Positions 17,885-25,383 of a DNA stretch of 32,000 nucleotides are shown one piece after another. Both the position numbers and the translations under genes were made by a program. The stretch lies in contig NZ_JAGIOS010000002.1 of NCBI RefSeq assembly GCF_017876815.1, forward strand, positions 810,001 through 842,000, given 5' to 3'. The notes beneath the pieces are model-generated. The model did no database searches, was not told the DNA's origin, and worked only from the letters and a program-made list of their open reading frames with translations. How positions within the stretch are numbered: position 1 is the first letter of the stretch; the number at the start of each line of letters is the position of its first letter. The stretch comes from Sinorhizobium meliloti. Its GTDB lineage: Bacteria > Pseudomonadota > Alphaproteobacteria > Rhizobiales > Rhizobiaceae.

Positions 17885-19390
17885 ATGGAACTCTTCAGCA
17901 ATCTTGCCCTCGGCTTCGCCACGGCCGCCTCGCCGGCGAACCTGCTCTTCTGTCTGATCGGCGTACTCCTCGGAACCCTGATCGGCGTGCTGCCCGGCAT
18001 CGGCGCCACGGCGACCATCGCCATGCTGCTGCCGATCACCTTCCAGCTTGAGCCGGTCTCCTCGCTGATCATGCTCGCCGGCATCTATTACGGCGCTCAA
18101 TATGGCGGATCGACCACCGCGATCCTGATCAATATGCCCGGCGAATCCTCTTCTGCCGTGACCGCCATCGACGGCTATCAGATGGCGCGCAAGGGCCGCG
18201 CCGGCACGGCGCTCGCGATCGCAGCCCTCGGCTCGTTCTTCGCCGGCACGGTCTCGACATTCCTGGTCGCACTCTTCGCGCCGCCTTTGACGGAGATCGC
18301 GCTCGAATTCGGCGCGGCGGAATATTTCTCGCTGATGATCGTCGGCCTCGTCTCCTCGGTCGCGCTTGCGCACGGATCGGTCATCAAGGCGCTTGCCATG
18401 GTGGCGCTCGGCCTGCTTCTCGGCCTCGTGGGCACCGATATCTATACCGGCACGCCGCGCTTCACCCTCGGCATCCGGGAATATTCCGACGGTCTCAATT
18501 TCGTGGCGCTGGCGGTCGGCGTCTTCGGTATCGCCGAAATCCTCCGCAATCTCGAAAGCGAGAAGACGCGCGAAGTGCTGATGGCGAAGGTTACCGATCT
18601 GATGCCGACGCGCGAGGACTTCAGGCAGATGGTCGCGCCGGTCCTGCGCGGCACGGCCATCGGCTCGGCGCTCGGCGTACTGCCCGGCGGCGGCGCGATC
18701 CTCGCCGCCTTCGCCTCCTACACGGTGGAGAAACGCCTCTCCGACCGGCCGGAGGAATTCGGCCGCGGGGCCGTTGCGGGTGTCGCCGGACCTGAAAGTG
18801 CCAACAATGCCGGCGCGCAAACCTCGTTCATCCCATTGCTCACCCTCGGCATTCCGGCAAACCCGGTAATGGCGCTGATGATCGGTGCGATGATCATCCA
18901 GGGCATCGTGCCCGGTCCGAACGTGGCGGTGGAGCAGCCGGCGCTCTTCTGGGGCATCATCGCCTCGATGTGGATCGGCAACCTGATGCTGGTGGTCCTG
19001 AACCTGCCTTTGATCGGCCTCTGGGTGAAGCTCCTGAAGATCCCCTACTTCGTGCTCTTCCCGATCATCATGGCCTTCTGCTCGATCGGGGTCTACAGCG
19101 TCAACTCCAACGTCTACGACCTCTACGCCGTCGCCTTCTTCGGCCTTGTCGGCTACCTGCTCCTGAAGCTGCGCTGCGAACCGGCGCCGCTGCTCCTCGG
19201 CTTCGTGCTCGGCCCCCTGCTCGAGGAAAACCTCAGGCGCGCCATGATCCTCTCGCGCGGCGACCCGACGACCTTCGTCACCCGGCCGATCAGCGCGACC
19301 CTGCTCCTCATCGCCCTCGCCGTGCTTGTCGTCGTCTTCCTGCCGAGCGTCAAGAAAAAGCGCGAGCAGGTCTTCGTCGAGGAGGACTGA
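17885..19390 (+). CDS. tctA: Tripartite tricarboxylate transporter large permease (TctA family)
   Basis: 501-aa polytopic protein. MELFSNLALGFATA...LIGVLPGIGATATIAMLLP...YGAQYGGSTTAILINMPGESSS is typical of TctA. Confidence 0.9.
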   Translation: MELFSNLALGFATAASPANLLFCLIGVLLGTLIGVLPGIGATATIAMLLPITFQLEPVSSLIMLAGIYYGAQYGGSTTAILINMPGESSSAVTAIDGYQMARKGRAGTALAIAALGSFFAGTVSTFLVALFAPPLTEIALEFGAAEYFSLMIVGLVSSVALAHGSVIKALAMVALGLLLGLVGTDIYTGTPRFTLGIREYSDGLNFVALAVGVFGIAEILRNLESEKTREVLMAKVTDLMPTREDFRQMVAPVLRGTAIGSALGVLPGGGAILAAFASYTVEKRLSDRPEEFGRGAVAGVAGPESANNAGAQTSFIPLLTLGIPANPVMALMIGAMIIQGIVPGPNVAVEQPALFWGIIASMWIGNLMLVVLNLPLIGLWVKLLKIPYFVLFPIIMAFCSIGVYSVNSNVYDLYAVAFFGLVGYLLLKLRCEPAPLLLGFVLGPLLEENLRRAMILSRGDPTTFVTRPISATLLLIALAVLVVVFLPSVKKKREQVFVEED

Positions 19391-19453
19391 ACCGGATCAG
19401 CCAGGTTGCACCGGGCGCACGGCCCCCCACGCGCCGGCTTACTGACCAGGATA

Positions 19454-20590
19454 TCAGTGGGTGAAGTTGTGCGTGTATTCGCCTATCTGGAAATCCTCGA
19501 AACGCTGAGACCAGCGTTTCCCTGGCCAGATATAATCTACTCTGCCTTTTGCAGGTCGATAGACGGCTGTGTAGAGGGTGGGATGGGTCGCGCTCACCGA
19601 ATAAAGCGGCGACCGAAGGAAGCCGTCCGTCAGCTTCTCCAGCGACATGGAAGGATCCTCCAGTGCCCGCAGAATAAATTGCTGCCGAGCCACCGAGAAT
19701 GATGACGGTCGTGCCGCCCGCTGATGATTTGCGCATGCCCTCAGGCGCGTAATGATCGGGCGCTGGCCCGGTCCGAGGAATAGAGTGGCATAATTGCCGG
19801 CACTATCCAGTACGGTGACGTTCTGCGCGAGCGCCACAGGTATTCGGCATAGGGCTTTGACAGCCTGCTCGACCTGGTGACAGGTTTCCAGCACATAGCG
19901 GATCACGAGAATGATCGAGAACCCTCTGCCCTGAGAACGCCCGCCCCCAAGAGTAATGCTTGCGGCCAGCCCTTCCTCATTCATCCCATCCACGCAGCCT
20001 CCCCAAGGGCGTTGCGCCTTCGCGATCACCTTTAACCCGGACCACTCGGTCATTTCGAAACGATCGGAGACAATACTCGGCGGATAGTCGAAATTGCGTA
20101 TCAGTGCCGGGCCCCCTTCCCCGAGCCAGACAGATTGACTGCAGCCATAGGCATCCGGCGCGGGTCGAAAGTGGCTGAGCATCCGATGAGCAACCTCATC
20201 ATCTCCAACGAGAGCGCAGGCGTGCTCGTAGTGAGGAACGAGTTCAGGCATGTACTGCCATAGGGCTTCGCGACATTCTCTGGCGCTCGGACCCGATGCT
20301 CGTTCGGCCCGCCCGAAATACCAGCTCTCCGCCTCGGTTCGACCGGCAGCAAACCGCGAAAGCCAAGCTTTCCCAGGCCGTTCCTCTCGCGCCGCGACGA
20401 AGGTCTTCTCCATAGCGAGAGGAGTATAAGGACCGAATGAGTGGCTTGGCAACGCAACCGTGATGCCCGCACGTGTCCCTTCACCATCACGAACCGCGGC
20501 CAGGGCGCGGCCGATCACCACCGGCAGCGGCCCCGCACAAAGAAACGGGGTCGGACCCGAAACCTCGAATTTCTCGGCTCGCCGGCGCAT
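19454..20590 (-). CDS. Peptidase C45 / acyl-CoA:6-aminopenicillanic-acid acyltransferase-like Ntn hydrolase
   Basis: A candidate autoprocessing and nucleophile site, YG|CSQSVW, is followed by LIRNFDYP and GGCVDGMNEEGLAASITLGG. This pattern is characteristic of C45/choloylglycine-type Ntn hydrolases. The gene is visibly more A/T-rich than its neighbours. The N-terminus is uncertain; Met60 is an alternative start. Confidence 0.7.
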   Translation of the reverse strand: MRRRAEKFEVSGPTPFLCAGPLPVVIGRALAAVRDGEGTRAGITVALPSHSFGPYTPLAMEKTFVAAREERPGKAWLSRFAAGRTEAESWYFGRAERASGPSARECREALWQYMPELVPHYEHACALVGDDEVAHRMLSHFRPAPDAYGCSQSVWLGEGGPALIRNFDYPPSIVSDRFEMTEWSGLKVIAKAQRPWGGCVDGMNEEGLAASITLGGGRSQGRGFSIILVIRYVLETCHQVEQAVKALCRIPVALAQNVTVLDSAGNYATLFLGPGQRPIITRLRACANHQRAARPSSFSVARQQFILRALEDPSMSLEKLTDGFLRSPLYSVSATHPTLYTAVYRPAKGRVDYIWPGKRWSQRFEDFQIGEYTHNFTH

Positions 20591-20593
20591 ATA

Positions 20594-20609
20594 TAGTCAC
20601 ATGTGACTA
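20594..20609. promoter_or_regulatory. Perfect 16-bp palindrome, candidate antitoxin autoregulatory operator
   Basis: TAGTCACATGTGACTA lies 19 bp upstream of the antitoxin ATG (20628). It lies 4 bp upstream of the divergent C45 gene start (20590). Confidence 0.55.
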
Positions 20610-20627
20610 CTTGCATGGGAGGGACTT

Positions 20628-20873
20628 ATGTCGACCCTAAGCCTTAAAGATGCAAAGGCCGGCCTGTCGGCCTATGTAGACGAGGCGATCAGAGGCGAGT
20701 TCGCGACGATTACCCGCCACGGAAAGCCTGTCGCAGTTCTCGTTCCGCTTGCGGCAGCGGAGATCGCGCGCAAGGCCCTGAACAGGACCGGCCCAGCCTC
20801 GCTTCGCATCTGCAGGTTCCCAGGCAGCGAGTTCGAACGTAACGGCTCGCCTTCCCGGGATGTCGGTCTGTGA
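20628..20873 (+). CDS. Type II antitoxin, Phd/YefM family (VapB-like partner of a PIN toxin)
   Basis: MSTLSLKDAKAGLSAYVDEAIRGEFATITRHGKPVAVLVPL is the Phd/YefM N-terminal fold. The C-terminal tail ...EFERNGSPSRDVGL is typical of antitoxins paired with VapC. SD GGGAGGGA lies upstream. Confidence 0.85.
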   Translation: MSTLSLKDAKAGLSAYVDEAIRGEFATITRHGKPVAVLVPLAAAEIARKALNRTGPASLRICRFPGSEFERNGSPSRDVGL

Positions 20874-20923
20874 GTGGCTATCTCCTCGACACGAACGTCA
20901 TATCGATGCTCTCGCCAACCGGC
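20870..20923 (+). pseudogene. vapC: 5' remnant of a vapC (PIN-domain toxin) gene
   Basis: A GTG overlaps the antitoxin stop (GTGA). Translation gives VSGYLLDTNVISMLSPTG, the canonical PIN N-terminus with the first catalytic Asp. The frame then reads non-PIN sequence and stops at 21043. Only about 100 nt separate it from the next promoter, far too little for a PIN domain of about 130 aa. Confidence 0.65.
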
Positions 20924-20967
20924 CTGGTGAATTTCCGCTCCACGCGTCGACAAAAAATTCGCATCCA

Positions 20968-20994
20968 TGTCACACCGGCGGCCGCTGTCTCGTC
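20968..20994 (+). promoter_or_regulatory. ECF41-type promoter, TGTCACA-N16-CGTC
   Basis: TGTCACA at 20968..20974, a spacer of exactly 16 nt, then CGTC at 20991..20994. It lies 32 nt upstream of the CMD gene ATG. This matches the motif I recall being described upstream of partner genes of ECF41 sigma factors. Confidence 0.7.
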
Positions 20995-21026
20995 ATGGTG
21001 TCGGAACCAACAAAAGGAGACCGACC

Positions 21027-21500
21027 ATGACTGCCAGACTTGATCCCTTTGCCGCCGCCCCTTCGCTGATGAAGAGCTGGTTCAGCATCTCGACTGCCGC
21101 CGCTTCGAGCCTCGAGTCGAGCCTTATCGAGCTCGTGAAAATCCGGGCCTCGCAGATCAACGGTTGCGCCAACTGCATCAACATGCACACGGCGGAAGCC
21201 CGGGCAAAGGGCGAGAGCGAGCAGCGGATCTACCTGCTCTCGGCATGGCGCGAGGCGCCGTGCTATACCGACCGCGAGCGGGCGGCGCTCGCCTGGACCG
21301 AAGCACTGACGCGGCTGTCGGAGGGCCATGCTCACGCCGCCGCCTATGAGGCGCTGAAGGCCGAGTTCACGGAGGAGGAGCAGGTGAAGCTCACGCTCAT
21401 GATCAATGTCATCAACGGATGGAACCGCCTCGCCGTGGGCTTCGGCCTGTGGGTCGAACCGGCGGCCGCGAAGGCAATCGCCGAGAAGGCGGTCGCCTGA
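21027..21500 (+). CDS. Carboxymuconolactone decarboxylase-family (AhpD-like) protein
   Basis: IELVKIRASQINGCANCINMHT carries the CxxC/AhpD-like motif. It is about 157 aa, with SD AAGGAGA at 21014..21020. The track start at 20967 is an in-frame upstream extension. Confidence 0.85.
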   Translation: MTARLDPFAAAPSLMKSWFSISTAAASSLESSLIELVKIRASQINGCANCINMHTAEARAKGESEQRIYLLSAWREAPCYTDRERAALAWTEALTRLSEGHAHAAAYEALKAEFTEEEQVKLTLMINVINGWNRLAVGFGLWVEPAAAKAIAEKAVA

Positions 21501-22357
21501 TGACACAGGCTACCCAAGCGGATGCGGCAGCCAGTTTCGACCCGCTGCGTCCGAAGCTGATGCGCGTCGCCTATCGAATGCTCGGCTCGGTTGCCGATGC
21601 CGAGGATATGGTGCAGGAGGCCTTCATCCGCTGGATGGGGGCCGACCGCGCCGAAGTGCGCGAACCGGAGGCCTTCCTGCGTCGCACCGTAACTCGGCTC
21701 TGCCTCGATCAGCTGAAATCGGCACGGCGCCAGCGCGAGACCTATGTGGGGCCTTGGCTTCCCGATCCCGTCGTGGAGGAGGAGGAAGTGGAAGACGTCA
21801 CCTTGCCGCTGATGCTGGCGCTGGAGCGGTTGTCCCCTCTCGAGCGGGCAGCGTTCCTGTTGCACGACGTGTTCGGGCTCGGTTTCGAGGAGGTTGCAGC
21901 GACCATCCAGCGCGACGCCGCGGCCTGCCGGCAGCTTGCCGCCCGCGCACGCACGCATGTCCGGGAGGCAAGGCCTCGCTTTCACGTCGAGAACGAGCGC
22001 GGCCTCGAGCTTGCGGAGGCCTTCTTCAAGGCCTCGCGCAGCGGCGACATGAACGCGTTCGGCGCAATGCTCGCCGCCGATGTCAGCATCCATGCTGACG
22101 GCGGCGGCAAGCGCTCGGCAGCGATCATGCCGATCATCGGCTTTGACGCCGTGATGAAGGTCCATGAGAAGCTGGCGGCGCTTTTCCGGGCGAACGGCTC
22201 GAAACTGCTGCGCGTCGGCTTCGTCAACGGACTGCCCGGCTTCATCACGATGGAGGCCGACGGCGAAATCCAGACCACCGCCCTCGAGATCGAGGGCGGC
22301 AAGGTCGCTGCGATCTATGTCGTGCGGAACCCCGACAAGCTGAGGCACCTGCACTGA
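21500..22357 (+). CDS. sigJ: ECF sigma factor, group ECF41 (SigJ-like), with a fused C-terminal SnoaL-like regulatory domain
   Basis: Region 2 is DAEDMVQEAFIRW. Region 4 is LSPLERAAFLLHDVFGLGFEEVAATI. A C-terminal extension of about 100 aa contains DGGGK and NPDKL, the motifs I recall as ECF41 hallmarks. The ATG overlaps the CMD stop (TGATG). No anti-sigma gene is adjacent. Confidence 0.9.
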   Translation: MTQATQADAAASFDPLRPKLMRVAYRMLGSVADAEDMVQEAFIRWMGADRAEVREPEAFLRRTVTRLCLDQLKSARRQRETYVGPWLPDPVVEEEEVEDVTLPLMLALERLSPLERAAFLLHDVFGLGFEEVAATIQRDAAACRQLAARARTHVREARPRFHVENERGLELAEAFFKASRSGDMNAFGAMLAADVSIHADGGGKRSAAIMPIIGFDAVMKVHEKLAALFRANGSKLLRVGFVNGLPGFITMEADGEIQTTALEIEGGKVAAIYVVRNPDKLRHLH

Positions 22358-22382
22358 GCCTACCTTGAAAGCGCGCTCGAAC

Positions 22383-23618
22383 TTAGTGCGAGGCGCCGGA
22401 TCCGCCGACGGCGACGATCGCAAAGGGTTGACCATCGATGGGGATCGTACGGGTCTCCTTGAGAGTCTCTGCATCGATCACCCGGATGAGCGAGTGTCGC
22501 GGGTCGGTGATGACGATCTGGCCGTCGGCTGCCGCCAGGCGCGGGCGCGGATCGCGCCAATGGCCGTCCTTGCTGTATGGCTCGGTGACCCTGCCCTTGC
22601 GGAGGATTTCCCCCTTGATCACGTCCACCACATGGAGGTCGCCGTCTTCCGTCAGGATGTAGGCATTGGCCGGGGTTGCAGGATCCAGGAGAAAGTCGAC
22701 GCGCCGGGTCGGCAGCGTGATCAGCCGATACGGTTCGCTGCTGTCGGGATCGATGAGCACGACTTTGTCCTCGCCGTAATTGCCGAGGAAGAACTGCATC
22801 GCCTTGCCTCCGAGCAGGGTGCCCGTGTAACCCTTCGGGAAATCGGAGGGGTAGGGGAGCATTGTGAGCTTTGGCCCGTCGATACCGCCGGGACGGGCGA
22901 CTAGCACCCCTTCCTTGCAGCCGAAGGCGACGAGACGGGCTGATGTGGCCTCGCCATGCAGGTCGGTGCATTTGCTGATCTCGCCGATCTGCCCGCCCTT
23001 TTCGTCGATCACACGCAAGCCAACTCGCGGCGGCAGTTCGTCCGGCTTCGGCTCGATTTCCGTGTCCGGCACCGAAACGAGCACATGGCGCCCCATGCTC
23101 ACGGCGACACCGTGGTGCGGCTTGGTCGTATCGATGGCCCTGACCTGCGCATTGCCTTCGAGCAGCGCGGCTTCGTCGATGATGTCCGCCTTGCCGCCGC
23201 GATCGTAGAAAATGATCGCGTGATCGTCATGCGGCACCACATGGGCGGGACGCTTGCCCTCGATCGCCACCGGAAGAAGCGCGGCATCGGAGACTTCCAC
23301 GTCGCGATGCTCCCCGTGATCCGAGAACCCGATGCCGGTCTTGATGATGTGTACGATGTCCTGTTCCGATTGCGCGGCGAAGACCGTCTGCCCGGATGCG
23401 CTGACCGTCAGAGCCGCATATCCCTTGATGTCATAGCGGCCCAATTCCTTGCCGTCCGCAAAGTCGATGGCGTGCACGACCGGCTGCGTGTGATCGGCGA
23501 CGAACAGGCGCCAGGCTTCCTTCGTCTCGTGATCATCCGCGCGTGCGCCGGGTGCGGCCAAGACGAAAGCGGACGCCACTGCTGCCATCAGGCGGGCCCG
23601 GGTTGGGGACAATATCAT
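22383..23618 (-). CDS. Secreted beta-propeller protein, possibly an AztD-like periplasmic zinc metallochaperone
   Basis: Signal peptide MILSPTRARLMAAVASAFVLAAPGARA. The mature protein has repetitive strand-rich segments and His/Asp clusters (DDHE, FSDHGEHRD, VVPHDDH, KPHHG). The AztD assignment comes from memory of that family's pattern and is not a verified alignment. Confidence 0.55.
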   Translation of the reverse strand: MILSPTRARLMAAVASAFVLAAPGARADDHETKEAWRLFVADHTQPVVHAIDFADGKELGRYDIKGYAALTVSASGQTVFAAQSEQDIVHIIKTGIGFSDHGEHRDVEVSDAALLPVAIEGKRPAHVVPHDDHAIIFYDRGGKADIIDEAALLEGNAQVRAIDTTKPHHGVAVSMGRHVLVSVPDTEIEPKPDELPPRVGLRVIDEKGGQIGEISKCTDLHGEATSARLVAFGCKEGVLVARPGGIDGPKLTMLPYPSDFPKGYTGTLLGGKAMQFFLGNYGEDKVVLIDPDSSEPYRLITLPTRRVDFLLDPATPANAYILTEDGDLHVVDVIKGEILRKGRVTEPYSKDGHWRDPRPRLAAADGQIVITDPRHSLIRVIDAETLKETRTIPIDGQPFAIVAVGGSGASH

Positions 23619-23720
23619 CGGGGGGTCCTTTCTTTGTTTTGAAAAAGTTCTCGTCCGGGCAGTCCGTCGGCACGGCTGGGCCTACGAAAAGTCGTTGGTA
23701 ATGGATCTTCCCGGTATGGC

Positions 23721-23759
23721 TACGTTATTACATTACTCGACGGACGTAATAACATTACG
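23721..23759. promoter_or_regulatory. AT-rich dyad pair upstream of the beta-propeller gene (candidate Zur/Fur-superfamily box)
   Basis: The sequence is TACGTTATTACATTACtcgacggaCGTAATAACATTACG. Positions 23745..23759 form the palindrome CGTAAT-aac-ATTACG. GTTATTACATTAC and GTAATAACATTAC are near-repeats. The site stands out as A/T-rich in GC-rich DNA and lies 100-140 bp upstream of the start at 23618. Confidence 0.4.
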
Positions 23760-23850
23760 AAGGCGATGCGTGTCAATCCCGAGAACGCTACGAGCGGATG
23801 CTTTTCGCCCTCGTTCCCCTGCTTGTCGCGGAAACGAAATCGGAGAGGAT

Positions 23851-24513
23851 CTACCGACGCGCCGCCCTGGGCTCGTCGCTCTTCAGATAGCTCACCACGG
23901 CATCGGCGATCATCGTGCGATGCCGTGCGATCGTCTTGGGCTCCGACAGGTCGCGGCGGAAGATCGTGCCGAAGGTGTAGCGGTTCGAGACGCGGAAGAA
24001 GCAGAAGGCGCTGATCAGCATGTGCACGTCGATCGGGTCGGCCTTGCGGCGGAAGGTCCCGTCACCAAGGCCGCGCTCGATGATTGCCTCGATCATCTGG
24101 ATCACCGAGACGTTGAGGTCACGGATCGCATCGGAGCGCAGCATGTGCGCGGCGCGATGGATGTTTTCGATGCTGACCAGGCGGACAAAGTCCGGATTGG
24201 CCTCGTCATGGTCGAAGGTGGTCGCGACCAGTGTGCGAAGTGCCTCTTCTGGGGGCAGGTTCGCAAGCTCCAGATCGGCTTCCAGCGTGCGGATCTTGCG
24301 ATAGGACCGCTCGAGGACGGCGAGATACAGCGCTTCCTTGCTGCCGAAGTAATAATAGATCATCCGCTTCGACGTGCGGGTGCGCTCGGCGATCTGATCG
24401 ACGCGCGCGCCTGCGAGGCCATGGGTGGAGAACTCCTCCGTCGCGACTTCGAGGATGTCGTCCTGCGTCCGCTGCGGATCGTTCTTCCTGCCATTTGCCT
24501 GCCGCTCCGCCAT
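23851..24513 (-). CDS. TetR/AcrR-family transcriptional regulator
   Basis: The HTH is ILEVATEEFSTHGLAGARVDQIAERTRTSKRMIYYYFGSKEALY. I place the start at Met34 of the track ORF (24513). Confidence 0.9.
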   Translation of the reverse strand: MAERQANGRKNDPQRTQDDILEVATEEFSTHGLAGARVDQIAERTRTSKRMIYYYFGSKEALYLAVLERSYRKIRTLEADLELANLPPEEALRTLVATTFDHDEANPDFVRLVSIENIHRAAHMLRSDAIRDLNVSVIQMIEAIIERGLGDGTFRRKADPIDVHMLISAFCFFRVSNRYTFGTIFRRDLSEPKTIARHRTMIADAVVSYLKSDEPRAARR

Positions 24514-24661
24514 GTTCACCGCGCTGCCCCCGCTCTCCCTCAAGCCGTTTACCGATCCACTTGCCGAAGCGAGGCGGCAGTCGAACCACGGACCTCCCGA
24601 ACGATGGATCAAGACATATCATCTTGCCTCGCCCTTTCAACCTCGCGGGATTGATTTTCCG

Positions 24662-24669
24662 AACTAGTT
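24662..24669. promoter_or_regulatory. AT-rich patch with palindrome AACTAGTT in the TetR/TRAP divergent region (possible operator)
   Basis: 'ttttccgAACTAGTTagtacattttgcaa' is the only A/T-rich stretch in the 296-bp gap between the TetR gene and the TRAP operon. The palindrome is short, so support is weak. Confidence 0.2.
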
Positions 24670-24809
24670 AGTACATTTTGCAACGAGACATGCCGAACGG
24701 CACGGAGGAGCGTGGCGGAAGGCTCCGGGCGACCGCCTGGCTGGGGAGGAGAAGCCTGCGACAGGTCTGCGCCTTGCGCTGTCGCTCGCTTGTCGCTTGG
24801 GAGGAGCGA

Positions 24810-25373
24810 ATGAGCCGCATCATCGATTTCTATTTCTTCGCCTTGAAGGTGACGATCGCGCTGCTGCTTGCCGGCATGGTCGTTCTCGTCTTCGGCAATG
24901 TCGTGCTGCGCTATGCCTTCAACCAGGGAATAACGGTGTCGGAGGAGCTGTCGCGGATGTTCTTCGTCTGGCTCACCTTTCTCGGCGCCGTGGTCGCCAT
25001 GCGCGAGCATGGCCATCTCGGCGTCGATTCGCTCATTAAGCGCCTGCCGGCGCGCGCCGCGAAGGCGGCCGTGCTCTGCGGCCACGCGCTTATGCTCTAT
25101 GCGACCTGGCTGGTGATCAGCGGCAGCTGGACCCAGACGCTGATCAACCTCCATGTCGGCGCGCCGGCGACCGGCATCTCCATGGCCTTCTTCTACGGAG
25201 CGGGCCTCGCCTTCGGCATTCCGGCCTTCCTGATCCTGCTCGCCGATGCGTTCGCGATCGCGACCGGCCGCATCGACGTGACCACGACCGATCTCGTGCG
25301 CGAGAGCGAGGACGAAGCAGCGCTCGACAACCTCCCTGCCCCCGCGCTCGGTCCGCTTTCGGCGAAGCATTGA
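24810..25373 (+). CDS. dctQ: TRAP transporter small permease (DctQ family)
   Basis: MSRIIDFYFFALKVTIALLLAGMVVLVFGNVVLRYAF...EELSRMFFVWLTFLGA is a typical DctQ start. SD GGGAGGAG lies upstream. The symbol is a family-level name only. Confidence 0.85.
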   Translation: MSRIIDFYFFALKVTIALLLAGMVVLVFGNVVLRYAFNQGITVSEELSRMFFVWLTFLGAVVAMREHGHLGVDSLIKRLPARAAKAAVLCGHALMLYATWLVISGSWTQTLINLHVGAPATGISMAFFYGAGLAFGIPAFLILLADAFAIATGRIDVTTTDLVRESEDEAALDNLPAPALGPLSAKH

Positions 25374-25383
25374 GGAGGCGACG

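Noticed and set aside
24548-24640. tRNA-like signal on the minus strand: GGTTCGA (T-loop-like), plus a 7-bp acceptor-like pairing GCGAGGC...GCCTCGC.
   Set aside because: The paired ends enclose only about 50 nt. No T-stem pairs around the TTCGACT loop. No D-arm or anticodon-arm cloverleaf can be drawn, and there is no CCA context. It is most likely coincidental, or at best a highly degraded fragment.
24712-24813. 33-codon GTG-initiated uORF whose stop overlaps the dctQ ATG (ATGA), and the alternative upstream dctQ start at 24690.
   Set aside because: The products are Gly/Arg/Ala-rich and non-hydrophobic, with no family resemblance. The DctQ consensus N-terminus and the best SD (GGGAGGAG) are at 24810. 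Open frames of this length are expected by chance at this GC content.
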